A stretch of 63,552 bases of DNA, the filler included, from Globobulimina sp. (lineage: Eukaryota): assembly GCA_003354225.1 (NCBI GenBank). It is 50 parts of 50 records of this genome, joined end to end, with 100 filler letters (N's around TTAATTAATTAA, not from the genome) between each part and the next. Parts side by side here need not be neighbours in the genome. Positions count along the whole stretch, not along the records: positions 25,478 to 26,650 come from PIVH01021695.1; positions 26,751 to 27,923 come from PIVH01021696.1; positions 28,024 to 29,196 come from PIVH01021697.1; positions 29,297 to 30,469 come from PIVH01021698.1; positions 30,570 to 31,742 come from PIVH01021699.1; positions 31,843 to 33,015 come from PIVH01021700.1; positions 33,116 to 34,288 come from PIVH01021701.1; positions 34,389 to 35,561 come from PIVH01021702.1; 42 more parts are not named here. The stretch is one strand, 5' to 3'. Below the pieces are notes generated by a model that worked only from the letters and a program-made list of their open reading frames with translations, did not search any database and had not been told where the DNA came from. The position numbers were made by a program, and so were the translations under genes. This document shows positions 25,478 through 36,669 of this stretch, one piece after another. Positions within the stretch are counted from its first letter, which is position 1. Each line of letters begins with the position of its first letter.

Positions 25478-26650
25478 TCAAGGTAGAAATATTTATTGTA
25501 TACAACATACCCATACATCCCTTTAACTGTAGAATAAATTCCCAGTTGATACTGTTGACCAAACCCAATTCGCGATGCTAGAATGAAACTCAATGAGCCC
25601 TGTAACATCGTTGCTAAATCCTTTAACATTATGCTTACTCCGTCAACTGCAGCTTCCTTACTAACTTCAAAACCTCTCTTTGAAAATGTGTTGCTTTCAG
25701 CAAATCCAAACAAGTCGCGATATTTCTTTCGTCCAAAACACAATAATGTACACAGCAGAAAAAGTATACTTGGGATCAAACTCATTAACCCTGCAGTCGT
25801 AGTATGAGCTACGTGTTCATCGTCGATAAATGTCCAAAATACAGCGATTGCTGCCACAACACTGGCAACCTGTAATCAAACAATTTATAAAGAATTTAAT
25901 ATTCAAATGGTAACAAAAAAAACATACATTTGAAAGTACATAGAATTTAATCTCTCCCTCCCCAAGAAAAAAACCTGTGGTTGAACTGTTCATAAAATCA
26001 AAGATCCATGACAATGATCTTAAAATCCAATATGGTTTTGTCAGAGCGGGTGAATGTGTAATTGCTCTAAAAACGGGATGTATGAACGAGAGGGGGATTG
26101 CAAGTGCCGCACCAGCCGAACCCAGAACAAATCCGCCCATCATAGCCCATTTAAATAATAGCCCAGCTGTGATGTAATCATTTGCACCAATGGCCTGCCC
26201 AATTCTCACTGTCATTCCATCTTCGAAAAATTGAAAAATGTTGGCAACGAGCTGTACATTGTTTATGTAGTGTGTAAATAGTTGTTGTTGTGTGGATAGA
26301 TAGAGATTGAGAGATATAACTAAACTGAGAGGTAGTTGTCAGCATCGTTCATTGCATTGAAGTCCTGGATGGTGAATTTATGAGCCGACCATGTCGCCAT
26401 AAATATTCCCAACACCACAGTAATAGCGATGGAACCACCCATAAGTATCGTCGATGATAGACTCATTGGACTCTGAGCTGGACTCTGACCTGTGGAGCTT
26501 GTGTCGGAGCTTGTGTCGGGGCTTTTTTCATGTGTGTTATTTTCATCTTTGCTTTGTGTGTTATTTTCATCTTTGCTTTGTGTGTTATTTACATGCGCAG
26601 ATTTCTTGAACATCATCACATAGCTAATGTATGCTACCATTATTATCACT
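25478..26650 (-). CDS. MATE-like multi-pass transporter, partial, with introns (e.g. 26252-26325)
   Basis: Spliced DNYLS|LVANIFQFFEDGMTVRIGQAIGAND; PYWILRSLS. Confidence 0.6.
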
Positions 26651-26760
26651 NNNNNNNNNNNNNNNNNNNNNNNNNNNNNNNNNNNNNNNNNNNNTTAATT
26701 AATTAANNNNNNNNNNNNNNNNNNNNNNNNNNNNNNNNNNNNNNNNNNNNAAAGACATAT

Positions 26761-27918
26761 GGCGCCACATTGTGCGATATTGGGAATTTTGGTTAAAAAC
26801 ATCAACATTTCGCAATCACTTTGAACAAACTAACAAGCACACTGTCACGTAATTGATCAGTGTTGTTCAGTGCAGGTTCATTTGTAAAACGCTCAATGGC
26901 GCGCTGAAGCCATGATGGCATATGGCGCCAGATGATCAATTTGAATGTACAGAACAATTTTCCCTAAACAACTCAATGGAGCATTGCCGCCTTGAAGTTA
27001 CAAGGTGCCAGATTTGCACTAAGTCGGAAATTTTCGCAGAAAACCAAATACAAGAACATTTAAATGACGAATTTAATTAATTAATTTATTAAACACCCCT
27101 AAAATGCCAAATCAGCCAAATGGCAAAAGTGGGGAGCACTTGACCCCCACTCCGGACAAATTTTAGTGAAAAATAGGTACATCTTTCGAATAATTTGGCG
27201 AAAATATCCAATTTTTTGAGATTTTCCCGAAAATGTTTAATTTCGCGCCAAAAATTTAGTATTTGCCGCCACAAAAATCGACCTCTCCCACCCGAAAGAA
27301 GGTCAACCCTTCCTCAGGCTAGCGACCCGTGTCCATGTATGCGTTGGATCTTCAACAAAAATCATATATTTTTCTGCAAAATAACTAGCCATCACATCCT
27401 ATCACATGGTATGTCAGGTCTCACTAATTGCAACATTTTCCCTACCAATGCGATGTTAAATAATTCTCTTTAAAAACTTTGGAAAATTCTCTATTGAGTT
27501 TAATGAAGATGGTTAATAGTCCACTTTGCATAAAAAATCTGGTTTCTACTGAAGATACGCAAAAATTGTATTATTTTTCCAAAAATTTGCAATTAGTGAA
27601 ACTCGATATGCCGTGTAGCTGACACTATTTGATGTGACGGCCAGTTCTTTTGCAGAAAAAACATTATTATTGTTGAACCTACATAACTCGTGATTTAAAT
27701 GTTCTTGTATTTGTTTTTTTTGCGAAAATTTTGCAACTTAGACCAATATGGCGCCTTGTAGATTCAACGTGGCAGTGCTCCATTGAGTGGTTTAGGAGGG
27801 AAACTATACTGTACATTCAAATTGATCAAAATCATGACAGCTTTTGTTAGTTTGTCCAAATTGATTGCGAACTGTTGATGTTTTAGCCAAAATTCGCAAT
27901 TTTGTGCAATCTGGCGCC
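26761..27918. mobile_element. Foldback-type palindromic element with long diverged inverted arms and a ~270-bp insertion in the left arm
   Basis: Nested inverted blocks: ~26761-26836/27843-27918, ~26934-27070/27688-27828, ~27351-27437/27583-27677. Confidence 0.75.
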
Positions 27919-28023
27919 TTGGGNNNNNNNNNNNNNNNNNNNNNNNNNNNNNNNNNNNNNNNNNNNNTTAATTAATTAANNNNNNNNNNNNNNNNNNNNN
28001 NNNNNNNNNNNNNNNNNNNNNNN

Positions 28024-28320
28024 GGTTATTAGCTTAATAGAAGGAAGCATCCTGAGCCGTTGAGCCATAAGGGCTTCTTGTATGTGTCCGTCCTGTACAT
28101 TTCTATGGCCTTGTGCGTCAAATACGTTCGGCGCTGCTTTTCTATATGAATAGAAAAGTTTGCGCCAGCACTCTTCACCTATTGCCGACATGCCGAGATA
28201 CAACCGCTCGTGATTCTTTTCTATTAAGCCTGTCTTGAAGATGAACGCGTCGGCGTTTTCGAGCGCCCTGTCAACTTTTGCCAGTGTTTTGTCATATACG
28301 GTGTGCGTCAATTTAGCCAT
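28024..28320 (-). CDS. Phage PD-(D/E)XK (Cas4-like) exonuclease, N-terminal part
   Basis: RLYLGMSAIGEECWRKLFYSYR...GHIQEALMAQRLR. Confidence 0.8.
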
Positions 28321-28522
28321 GTGTGTGTATCATCCTATAAAATTTATTTGAATTAAATTCAATTTGCACCCAAACCCTGTCCACAACTGATTCAATTATT
28401 TCATAATCATCTATATCGTATTTTATAAAAATATTTTTTAACTTGCATGTTGCTATATTTATATTTTGCGCTACGTTCTTCCGCTTTTTATAATTATTTA
28501 TATAAACAAATACCGGTTTCAT
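28313..28522 (-). CDS. Small phage hypothetical protein
   Basis: AAGGAG Shine-Dalgarno just upstream of ATG 28522; stop overlaps the next start. Confidence 0.6.
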   Translation of the reverse strand: MKPVFVYINNYKKRKNVAQNINIATCKLKNIFIKYDIDDYEIIESVVDRVWVQIEFNSNKFYRMIHTHG

Positions 28523-28535
28523 GATAACTCCTTTT

Positions 28536-28591
28536 AAAAAAATCACGGCGACGGAATCTTTACGGTAGTTAATCGGAGGCCCGCCGCCGTG
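28536..28591 (-). terminator. GC-rich 12-bp stem followed by a U7 tract in the 5' leader (terminator/attenuator-like)
   Basis: CACGGCGGCGGG pairs with UCCGUCGCCGUG, then AUUUUUUU, directly before the SD. Confidence 0.5.
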
Positions 28592-28628
28592 TTCCATACA
28601 TAAAGGTTTTGCATTTACTGATAACCAG

Positions 28629-28657
28629 AATATAGTGTATGCGTTAAACTATGTCAA
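28629..28657 (-). promoter_or_regulatory. Sigma70-type promoter (leftward)
   Basis: TTGACA-N17-TATATT on minus strand. Confidence 0.7.
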
Positions 28658-28709
28658 CAACTTTTCTTAAATTATTAAAGTATTTTTCTCTTTTTTTCTT
28701 AAATTCTTA

Positions 28710-28737
28710 TTGACAATAATGATTGTATCTATATATT
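28710..28737 (+). promoter_or_regulatory. Sigma70-type promoter (rightward)
   Basis: TTGACA-N16-TATATT followed by AAGGAGGTG SD. Confidence 0.7.
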
Positions 28738-28768
28738 GTATTATATCAATAAAGGAGGTGTGGAAAAT

Positions 28769-28948
28769 ATGTCAGACGATGAAGTCAGAATAACTATTGT
28801 AACTGATAAAAACTTTGTAAGAGAAGTAAAGAAGTCTCTGCTTGATCATAATGTCGATGCTCTAAACGAAGGCTACTTGTGGATTATGCAGGTAGGCCTT
28901 GACCATGTTAAAAAGTTGGGGGTCAAAAAGAATGACGACAAGAAGTGA
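28769..28948 (+). CDS. 59-aa phage protein, possible ribbon-helix-helix regulator
   Basis: Strong SD; alternating beta strand VRITIVTD then two predicted helices. Confidence 0.55.
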   Translation: MSDDEVRITIVTDKNFVREVKKSLLDHNVDALNEGYLWIMQVGLDHVKKLGVKKNDDKK

Positions 28949-29196
28949 TCTCTTTAAAGAGTGGCTAAAGCATAAAAAAGCAGAGGATAAAAACAAGAAA
29001 GCACGTCAGGCAATTGAGGCACAAATCGAAATGTTGTACGACCTTGGAAAAGCAAAGTCGAAGAGCTTCAATGATGAGGGATTTAAAATCAACATAAAAA
29101 AGAATATGTCTATTAAATTCAATCAAGACGAATGGTCAGAAATCAGACAGGATATCCCCGGATCGTTACGCCCGGAGAAAGTCAAATATGATGTTG
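28932..29196 (+). CDS. Phage hypothetical protein (replication/recombination module type), partial
   Basis: LFKEWLKHKKAE..ARQAIEAQI; overlaps upstream gene. Confidence 0.6.
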
Positions 29197-29298
29197 NNNN
29201 NNNNNNNNNNNNNNNNNNNNNNNNNNNNNNNNNNNNNNNNTTAATTAATTAANNNNNNNNNNNNNNNNNNNNNNNNNNNNNNNNNNNNNNNNNNNNTT

Positions 29299-30283
29299 TG
29301 GTGGGAAGGAATGAGCAAAGAACCACCCAATGAGGGCTTAATTGGTTGGAATCGCCACGAATACGGCCCAGCTTCGGTCAATACGGCGGCTCATCCAAAT
29401 GCTCGATTTTGTGTTGGCATCGATCAATGTCCCGTATTAGACCCAGATTTTAGTAATCCAAACGGTGTCCCAATATCTGGCATTTTATTCGGCGGCAGAA
29501 GGTCGACCACTGTACCACTTATTTACCAATGTTTCGATTGGAAGCATGGAGTATTTACAGGTATGTTACATATTTTTGTCAGAATATATTTTCAGTGTGA
29601 CCATGATTGGTGGAGCAATATCGACATTCAATCCGTTTCAAACTGAAAATCTGATTGTTTCTGGCTAAATGCTTGAAGTAGGCCATGATGTAAAATACTT
29701 ACTTACTTACTTCAAAAAACTTTGCCAAGGCTCGACAATGTCGTCTGAAACCACAGCGGCCGCGGCTGGTTTACGCGGTGTGTTACGCATAGATCCGTTT
29801 AGTATGCGTCCATTCTGTGGATATAACATGGCTGAATACTTTAGCCATTGGTTGACTTTTGGTGAAGATAAAGCCAAATATGACTGCTTGCCGCGGATGT
29901 TTATGGTGAATTGGTTTCGCAAGGAACGGGGTAGGATATTATGGCCTGGTTTTAGTGAGAATTTGCGAGTCTTAAAATGGGTATTTGACCGATGTGATAA
30001 AGCTGAAAACGATGAAACCAATGCAGTGAAAACACCCATTGGTTATGTACCGAATTTAGACTCCTTTGATGTGTCAAACTTATATCAGTCGCATAAACAT
30101 ATGGATGCGCAGTGTATGGAGAAGATATTCAGCATCGATTCGAAAGAGTTTGTAAAAGATCTGAATATGTATCAAGAATTTTATAAATCGTTCTCAGATT
30201 CAAAGCAAATACCGAAAGTATTGCAGGCCGAATTGGATAGTTTGAGGAATCGATTAAACGACGAAATTAATCAAATACATTAA
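29299..30283 (+). CDS. PCK: Phosphoenolpyruvate carboxykinase (GTP), C-terminal part; intron 29561-29729
   Basis: WWEGM, AAHPNARF, GVPISGILFGGRR, DPFSMRPFCGYN, VNWFRK, WPGFSENLRVL. Confidence 0.95.
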
Positions 30284-30569
30284 ACCGTATCAGCGTAACT
30301 ATCAATTATATAAAATGCGTTTTGTTGTTTTAATTTATTTTGATATATATATAATGAGCATACTCTGACTCTGCTTTCTTATAAATTTGTGTGTTGTCTT
30401 TTTTTTTTTTTTTTATTTTTGAATTTTTTGATTTTTAATATTAAATAAATTAAATTAATTATTTTGTTTNNNNNNNNNNNNNNNNNNNNNNNNNNNNNNN
30501 NNNNNNNNNNNNNTTAATTAATTAANNNNNNNNNNNNNNNNNNNNNNNNNNNNNNNNNNNNNNNNNNNN

Positions 30570-31546
30570 ACACATAAATAATCCAATCATAATAATTTCC
30601 AAGACTCGTATAAACGCCGGGATATCCCCACTTACAGCCATATCCAAAGGAAACGACACCAATTATTTCTGGACCAGCACCACCGGCATTCTCTCGAAAC
30701 AAAGGCCCACCGGAATCTCCTTGACATGTATCCGAATTAGCTCCCATTGCACACAATTTACTTTCATCAGACGCGCTTAGAACGAGACTCTCAGTGACAT
30801 TGCCATACACATTTGATACTAAATGTACATGTATTATAATTACAATATATACAAAGAGTGTACAGTACGTAACATTGCGTAAAACAACTGGACAAATTGA
30901 CAAATGTTAATGTGGTTCTTTCCAAGGATGGCGTAGCTGGACCACCGCTATGATTTGCTCCATGACCAATTGCAATAAATTCTTCCCCGGCACTGCAACA
31001 TGATATGCCTTCAGCTATTTGTTGAGGTATGCTTGGCATTGGATTTATATCCGGCAATGGATCGATTGTGTCATTATGCCCTGCAAATACAATTAATGCG
31101 ATGTCAGATCCACGAACATCTCCATTCCACGACTCGTGTATATGTATGAAGGAGAAATCAGATACTTCCAATGTGGTAAATGAGTCATTGGCAGCATTTG
31201 CAAAGGTTCTATTAATATCAACATTAATGGTAACGATCAGATTCTTTCCGCTTGTTTCATTTGTTACGAGTCGAATCGTATCATCTGTGTCATTCAAATA
31301 ATAGGGGTCAAGACAATGCGCAGCTGTTAATACTGTTGGTGGGTCTAATTGTATTAAGGACGCGCCACAGAATGCTTGTTGGTAATGCTTGTTACTAACG
31401 ATACTATAATAACCTCTGCGTAACGATACCATCCATGGGTATAATGATGCTGATATTGGCTCTCCATTTACGATACGCTCTTCTGGATTGATCGGAGCTG
31501 GAATAGCAAGTGCAACGAATGAAAGTGTTAATAAAAAGGCGAACAT
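30570..31546 (-). CDS. Secreted trypsin-like (S1) serine protease; intron 30819-30873
   Basis: Signal peptide, [29 protein letters not shown]. Confidence 0.95.
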
Positions 31547-31627
31547 GACCAAACACAGATGTTTTCACTTGCAAGTAAGTTGTTTAAAAAAATAACATCA
31601 TTCTCTTTGCTGAACGTAGGAAATTCA

Positions 31628-31670
31628 GGAAGGAAAATAGGTTAATAATAAAATGTTAAAGGTAACATTT
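31628..31670. repeat. Interspersed repeat, copy 1 (copy 2 at 60794-60837)
   Basis: ggaaggaaaataggtta...aaaatgttaaa..taacattt on two unrelated contigs. Confidence 0.7.
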
Positions 31671-31977
31671 AACTTTTTGCTTTTCAGTTTGAAATTACTG
31701 TTTTTACTGTAAACTCTTTGAATTTACAGTTTTTTACAGATTNNNNNNNNNNNNNNNNNNNNNNNNNNNNNNNNNNNNNNNNNNNNTTAATTAATTAANN
31801 NNNNNNNNNNNNNNNNNNNNNNNNNNNNNNNNNNNNNNNNNNTAATTTTACTGTGTCCCCTATTGTTACCTTCAGGGTAGGCATATTGAGTTGATATATA
31901 TTACAAAGCTGTCATGATCAATACAAGTTCTTTAGTAAAAACTGTTGAGTCACTTGGGTTTAGCCATCAATAAAGCC

Positions 31978-33015
31978 ATGCGTGCGTTGCTTGTTGTATT
32001 GATTATTAATCTGCTGAATATTAAACAATTATTTGGAGAACCAGCCCCAAAATATAATGTGGGGGATTTTGTAAGTAATTTATGTCGCATTAAACATTGA
32101 TTCATTGGTAAAAAACACATCATTGCCGTATGGATCTTACACAGGTTCCAGTCTCAATCAACACAGTCGGACCCTATCGTAATCCAAATGAAAAGTATCC
32201 ATTTTTAAGCAAAGTGCCATTTTGCAAACCTAAAAATGCAAACAAAAAAGACAAAGACACAGGCTCCGTCTTCATGGGCGATCGGGCCACTTTATCCGAT
32301 TATTTATTGCCATTCGACAAAAACATCCATGAGCCACAAATAGTGTGCACCAAAACTTTGGACCAAACCGAAATCAAACGGTACATGGCCATCATCGAAG
32401 AAAATTACATGTTTGAGTTTTTTGTGGACCATAACTTATTAATCACCGGTTTCTTGGGCAAGGAGGAGATCGATGAGACCACAAACCTCAAATATTACTA
32501 TTTATTCACACATTGGAACTTCCATTGCGAGTACAATGAGCATTACGTATGTATAATGCACGCAAAATCGCACATAAACCACACAAATACGCGCCGAAAC
32601 AACACAGGTAATCTCGTGCCGCATTACCACCGATTTGGATAAACAAATAGAGTTAAAATCTGGCGCCGACATCGCCATTAAGTTCACTTACAGCGTGACC
32701 TGGGACAAAGTGGCCGTCTCCGTCCATGATCGCTTAATGTACCACGTCCGTCGCTTAGTACGCAGTCAACCTTTGGAAGTACATTGGTTATCCACTTTGA
32801 ATTCATTCATTTTGGTGATATTGGTGACTGCGTTTATCACCTTAGTGTTCACCACCATATTGCGGCAAGACTGCGCTCGCTATCACGAATTGGTGATAAT
32901 GACACGCGATGACTTAGAGGACGTAGGCGATCCCGGTTGGAAGCAGTTGCAAAGAGACGTATTCCGCTCACCGACGCACATCTTATTGTTTTGTGGCATC
33001 ATCGGAGTGGGTACG
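31978..33015 (+). CDS. Transmembrane 9 superfamily (TM9SF/EMP70) protein, 3'-partial; introns 32071-32144 and 32547-32607
   Basis: Signal peptide, NTVGPYRNPNEKY, PFCKP, VHWLSTLNS, GWKQLQRDVFR. Confidence 0.93.
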
Positions 33016-33115
33016 NNNNNNNNNNNNNNNNNNNNNNNNNNNNNNNNNNNNNNNNNNNNTTAATTAATTAANNNNNNNNNNNNNNNNNNNNNNNNNNNNN
33101 NNNNNNNNNNNNNNN

Positions 33116-34201
33116 TTATTATTTGTTTTTTCATTTGGATATCATGAAATGGTTAACAAATTACAAAATTATGTTGAAACAAACGAAACATTTGCTGTAG
33201 AAATAAATAATACATTTAAAGAAGGTTTGGCACCACACGCCACATATACAGACATGTATCAATTTTTTGATGAATGGATCTCTAAAGCACCACCAGCTGA
33301 CAATAAATCATTCACTGTTATTTTGAGTAGATTTGGTCTTTATACCTCGAGTGGCTCAAAGATATTTTCGTCAAGAATTGCGCAACAATGGTTTCAATCA
33401 TATATGCATCAAGTAATGCTATTTTGCGATTCAGCCGACTCAACCAATGTTATTCCAGGATGGGAAGCACTGCGTACTATTGATATGACGCAGTATATTA
33501 TCCCACAGCATGGATATCAATCATTTAATGACTTTTTTGCCAGAGAAATTAAGCCAGAATATAGACCAATCGATTCAGCACAGAATGATTCAATTATTGT
33601 GTCTCCGTGTGATGGAAGGATAGTTGACATTGAATATGATTTATCATCGGATACAAACATTTGTGTAAAAGGCGTAAATTACAGTTTGGCCACAATGTTA
33701 ATGAATGATTATTACGCAAAGCAATTTATTGGGGGTACATGAATTCACATTTTCTTGAGAGATCATAATTATCATAGATTCCATTGTTCTGTGTCGGGAT
33801 ATACGTCGCAGATCGATGCAATCGGCGGATATCAGTTTTGGATGCCAGCTGACGTCATCCTTTACACTGACAATTATTATAAATGGTTAACATATAATAA
33901 TAGACGCACTGTGTTATATGTGGATACCGGCAAATTTGGAGTTGTGGCGCATAATTATGTTGGAGTATGGTTAGCAAATTCCATTGATATCCATATTGAT
34001 CCAGGTGCCTATGTTAGCAAAGGAGACGAAACTGGTAATTTCAAATATGGCGGATCAACCGTAGTCGTATTATTTCAAAAAGATGCGTTGAAACAAGTTC
34101 TGGTGGAAAAACCACAAATGGTCAACTTTGGCCAAAGAATAGCAATCGCAAACATGAACTTTAAAACTCAGAGAGAAATAAGTCAAATAACTGTTGGTTA
34201 A
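33116..34201 (+). CDS. psd: Phosphatidylserine decarboxylase family proenzyme with one in-frame TGA at 33740-33742
   Basis: SFNDFFAREIKP, SPCDG, YHRFH, GNFKYGGST; the two track ORFs share a frame and are separated only by TGA. Confidence 0.88.
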
Positions 34202-34544
34202 TATGTTTTTATTTTATATTTTATTCCGTTCCGTTTCAATCTGATTTTATTTTATTTTTTAGAGTGTGGTTTTTCAGATTGTGATCTTNNNNNNNNNNNN
34301 NNNNNNNNNNNNNNNNNNNNNNNNNNNNNNNNTTAATTAATTAANNNNNNNNNNNNNNNNNNNNNNNNNNNNNNNNNNNNNNNNNNNNGTAATATTCTCC
34401 GACAAGGTTTGGTCTACATATCGTGTCCCAAAGACCAAGTGAACGACGCAAAGTAGATGTGAGTCTGGAATCGGACTTACATCCTGATTGAATTTTGTAC
34501 CACTACTACTATCAAAACCTTTTTTTACATTTCACATTTCGTCT

Positions 34545-35201
34545 ATGGATAATATAGATCTTAAATCAGACGATAGTGTGCCTCATATTGTTGTCCCTGT
34601 TGCAAATGCTGCATTATCGGTCAGCACAGAAAATAATATACCACCAACAACAAAACATAAAAAAAAATTTCAAAAATTAAATTTCAATGTTATAAATAAA
34701 TTATTATCTTTAATGAAAACCAAAAAATCTACAAAAATACCTAAAAAAGATCCGACAATATCAACTATCACACCGTCATATAATCGTTCGTTTCAGACAT
34801 GGAATATTAATGTGATCGCAGCGCCGGCAACGTCAACACAACAACGTAATATCCCGAGAAATGCATCATTGACAATTGGAATCTATGAAATACCAACAAT
34901 TAGATCATTTAATGTCGAGTATAAATACGCACCATATTATTATTTGGGATATGGATTTTATGGAAACCCATATGACAAAAATGGTAGAGAGTGTAATCAA
35001 AAACCTGTGCTTACATTAAATAAAATGGTGAATATTTATGATAGGATTGCAATCTCATTAAACAAAGAGGAAAGCGAGATTTGTATTTGGTACAATGGTG
35101 TCATTGACGATAGCCAGGAACCCATCAAAATTGAAAGCAACAAAGAGTACCAGTTTATAATTGAGTCTCTTGATAAAAATTATCATATTCAAACCAATTA
35201 A
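34545..35201 (+). CDS. Hypothetical protein with SPRY/B30.2-like C-terminal beta domain
   Basis: WNINV..., IGI, DRIAISLN...ICIWYNG. Confidence 0.5.
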   Translation: MDNIDLKSDDSVPHIVVPVANAALSVSTENNIPPTTKHKKKFQKLNFNVINKLLSLMKTKKSTKIPKKDPTISTITPSYNRSFQTWNINVIAAPATSTQQRNIPRNASLTIGIYEIPTIRSFNVEYKYAPYYYLGYGFYGNPYDKNGRECNQKPVLTLNKMVNIYDRIAISLNKEESEICIWYNGVIDDSQEPIKIESNKEYQFIIESLDKNYHIQTN

Positions 35202-36064
35202 TATTAATTATAAAAAATGATTATGCATGATATGTATACCTTTTTTGTTTTTTGTTTTTGGTTTTTATATAATCATGCATGGCAGTATTAGCCGTATACG
35301 TATATTTATAATTTTAGTCTTAATATAATTGTATTGTGTTATATGAGTATAATTGTATTGTGTTTTAGCATCATACACATTTCGCGTATACGAACAGTTT
35401 GGAGTTTTGGACCCAACAAGTACAGAAAGTTTCATTTAAACTGTTTTTAAAAACATTTTTTATCCAAATTAATCATCGTGTAAACTCAAATTTTAACTTC
35501 AATTTAAATTCAAATAACTCGTGTTTGGACAGTCATACATTGAGAAAATATGGGTCAAACANNNNNNNNNNNNNNNNNNNNNNNNNNNNNNNNNNNNNNN
35601 NNNNNTTAATTAATTAANNNNNNNNNNNNNNNNNNNNNNNNNNNNNNNNNNNNNNNNNNNNATCCGCTTTAACCACATGATCAATTATCTTCAAATTCCA
35701 ACAAATTTCATATAATTTCTTCGTAAATTTGCAGTCAATCGAACACTTGCAGATTTACAAGGTTATTGCGGCGAGGCGAAGAAGGTTTTTCTGTTAGTTG
35801 CTTTTATCAGACTTTGAAAAACTTCTTCCCCTCTCCCCTCTGCTAACCATAAAGCCTTACCAGAGGAAATACATATTATTCAAACCCACCCACCCACACC
35901 TTACAATACTTAGAGCTCACAGCAACATTTCACCAACCAATTAATCTCCTTTCTTCTTTTTCTTTTTCTGATTGGTGGTGAATTATTGCAAACTGTTCTT
36001 AGTTACACACAAACCGTTTTTTTAGGAGACACTCAATACAAACTTCTATGGTGAACACAGTGAT

Positions 36065-36286
36065 TTAGCGTTACATTAAGCGGTCGGACCTAGTCCATAG
36101 AAAATTGAACTGTTCTGCTAGTCGATAGGATCGTGTAGTTCGTCTACGACGGTTGGTCGAAGACTTTGATATTTTTATCCTAAGTTTAGGGAAATTAATA
36201 ATCGGTAATTATAAACTTTTGATAATTATATCTTAGTCTTTGGTTTGGATCCTACCGACATTACCCGCAAACGTGAAGAACGTTAA
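36065..36286 (+). ncRNA. Candidate structured non-coding RNA, family not recognised
   Basis: Nested helices 36065-72/36279-86, 36080-83/36265-68, 36121-32/36248-59, 36155-65/36235-45 with G-U pairs; T-rich tract after. Confidence 0.5.
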
Positions 36287-36669
36287 CAAACTCTATTTTA
36301 TTTATTTTCTGATTTATCTATGTATTAATTAAATTTATTTATTCATAAAAACCTTGAAACCTTGAAGTAGCTATATTGCTCGGATATCATATTGGTCGAA
36401 GTTGAAATGATGATGGCCAAGGAAACAACTCTTGAAATAATATATGATGTTTGCATGGAATTGCAACATAAAATAGAAAAATTTGAATATGTGGAAAGAG
36501 AATTTGTTCATTGTGATTATATACATCGTGGATTTACAATAAAAACGTGAATATATTTTATTTACTGGTGATAGGATATCATTTTTAGGCTTAGATAAAA
36601 TAATCCCAAACAATTAGGCTTATATAATAAATAATGTTCAAACATGATATGTGATCTGAAATATGTTAC

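Noticed and set aside
27063-27074. TTAATTAATTAA inside a contig as a hidden linker
   Set aside because: No flanking Ns; expected occasionally in AT-rich DNA
28024-28320. Cas4-like nuclease as evidence of a CRISPR-Cas system
   Set aside because: No array or other cas genes; context is phage-like
34202-34288. SECIS element downstream of PSD
   Set aside because: Hairpin lacks the AUGA/GA quartet geometry and apical AA; the contig ends too soon to exclude one further on
36178-36191. TTTAGGG/CCCTAAAC as a telomerase template
   Set aside because: It would require the minus strand, whereas G-U pairing favours the plus strand, and it lies within a hairpin
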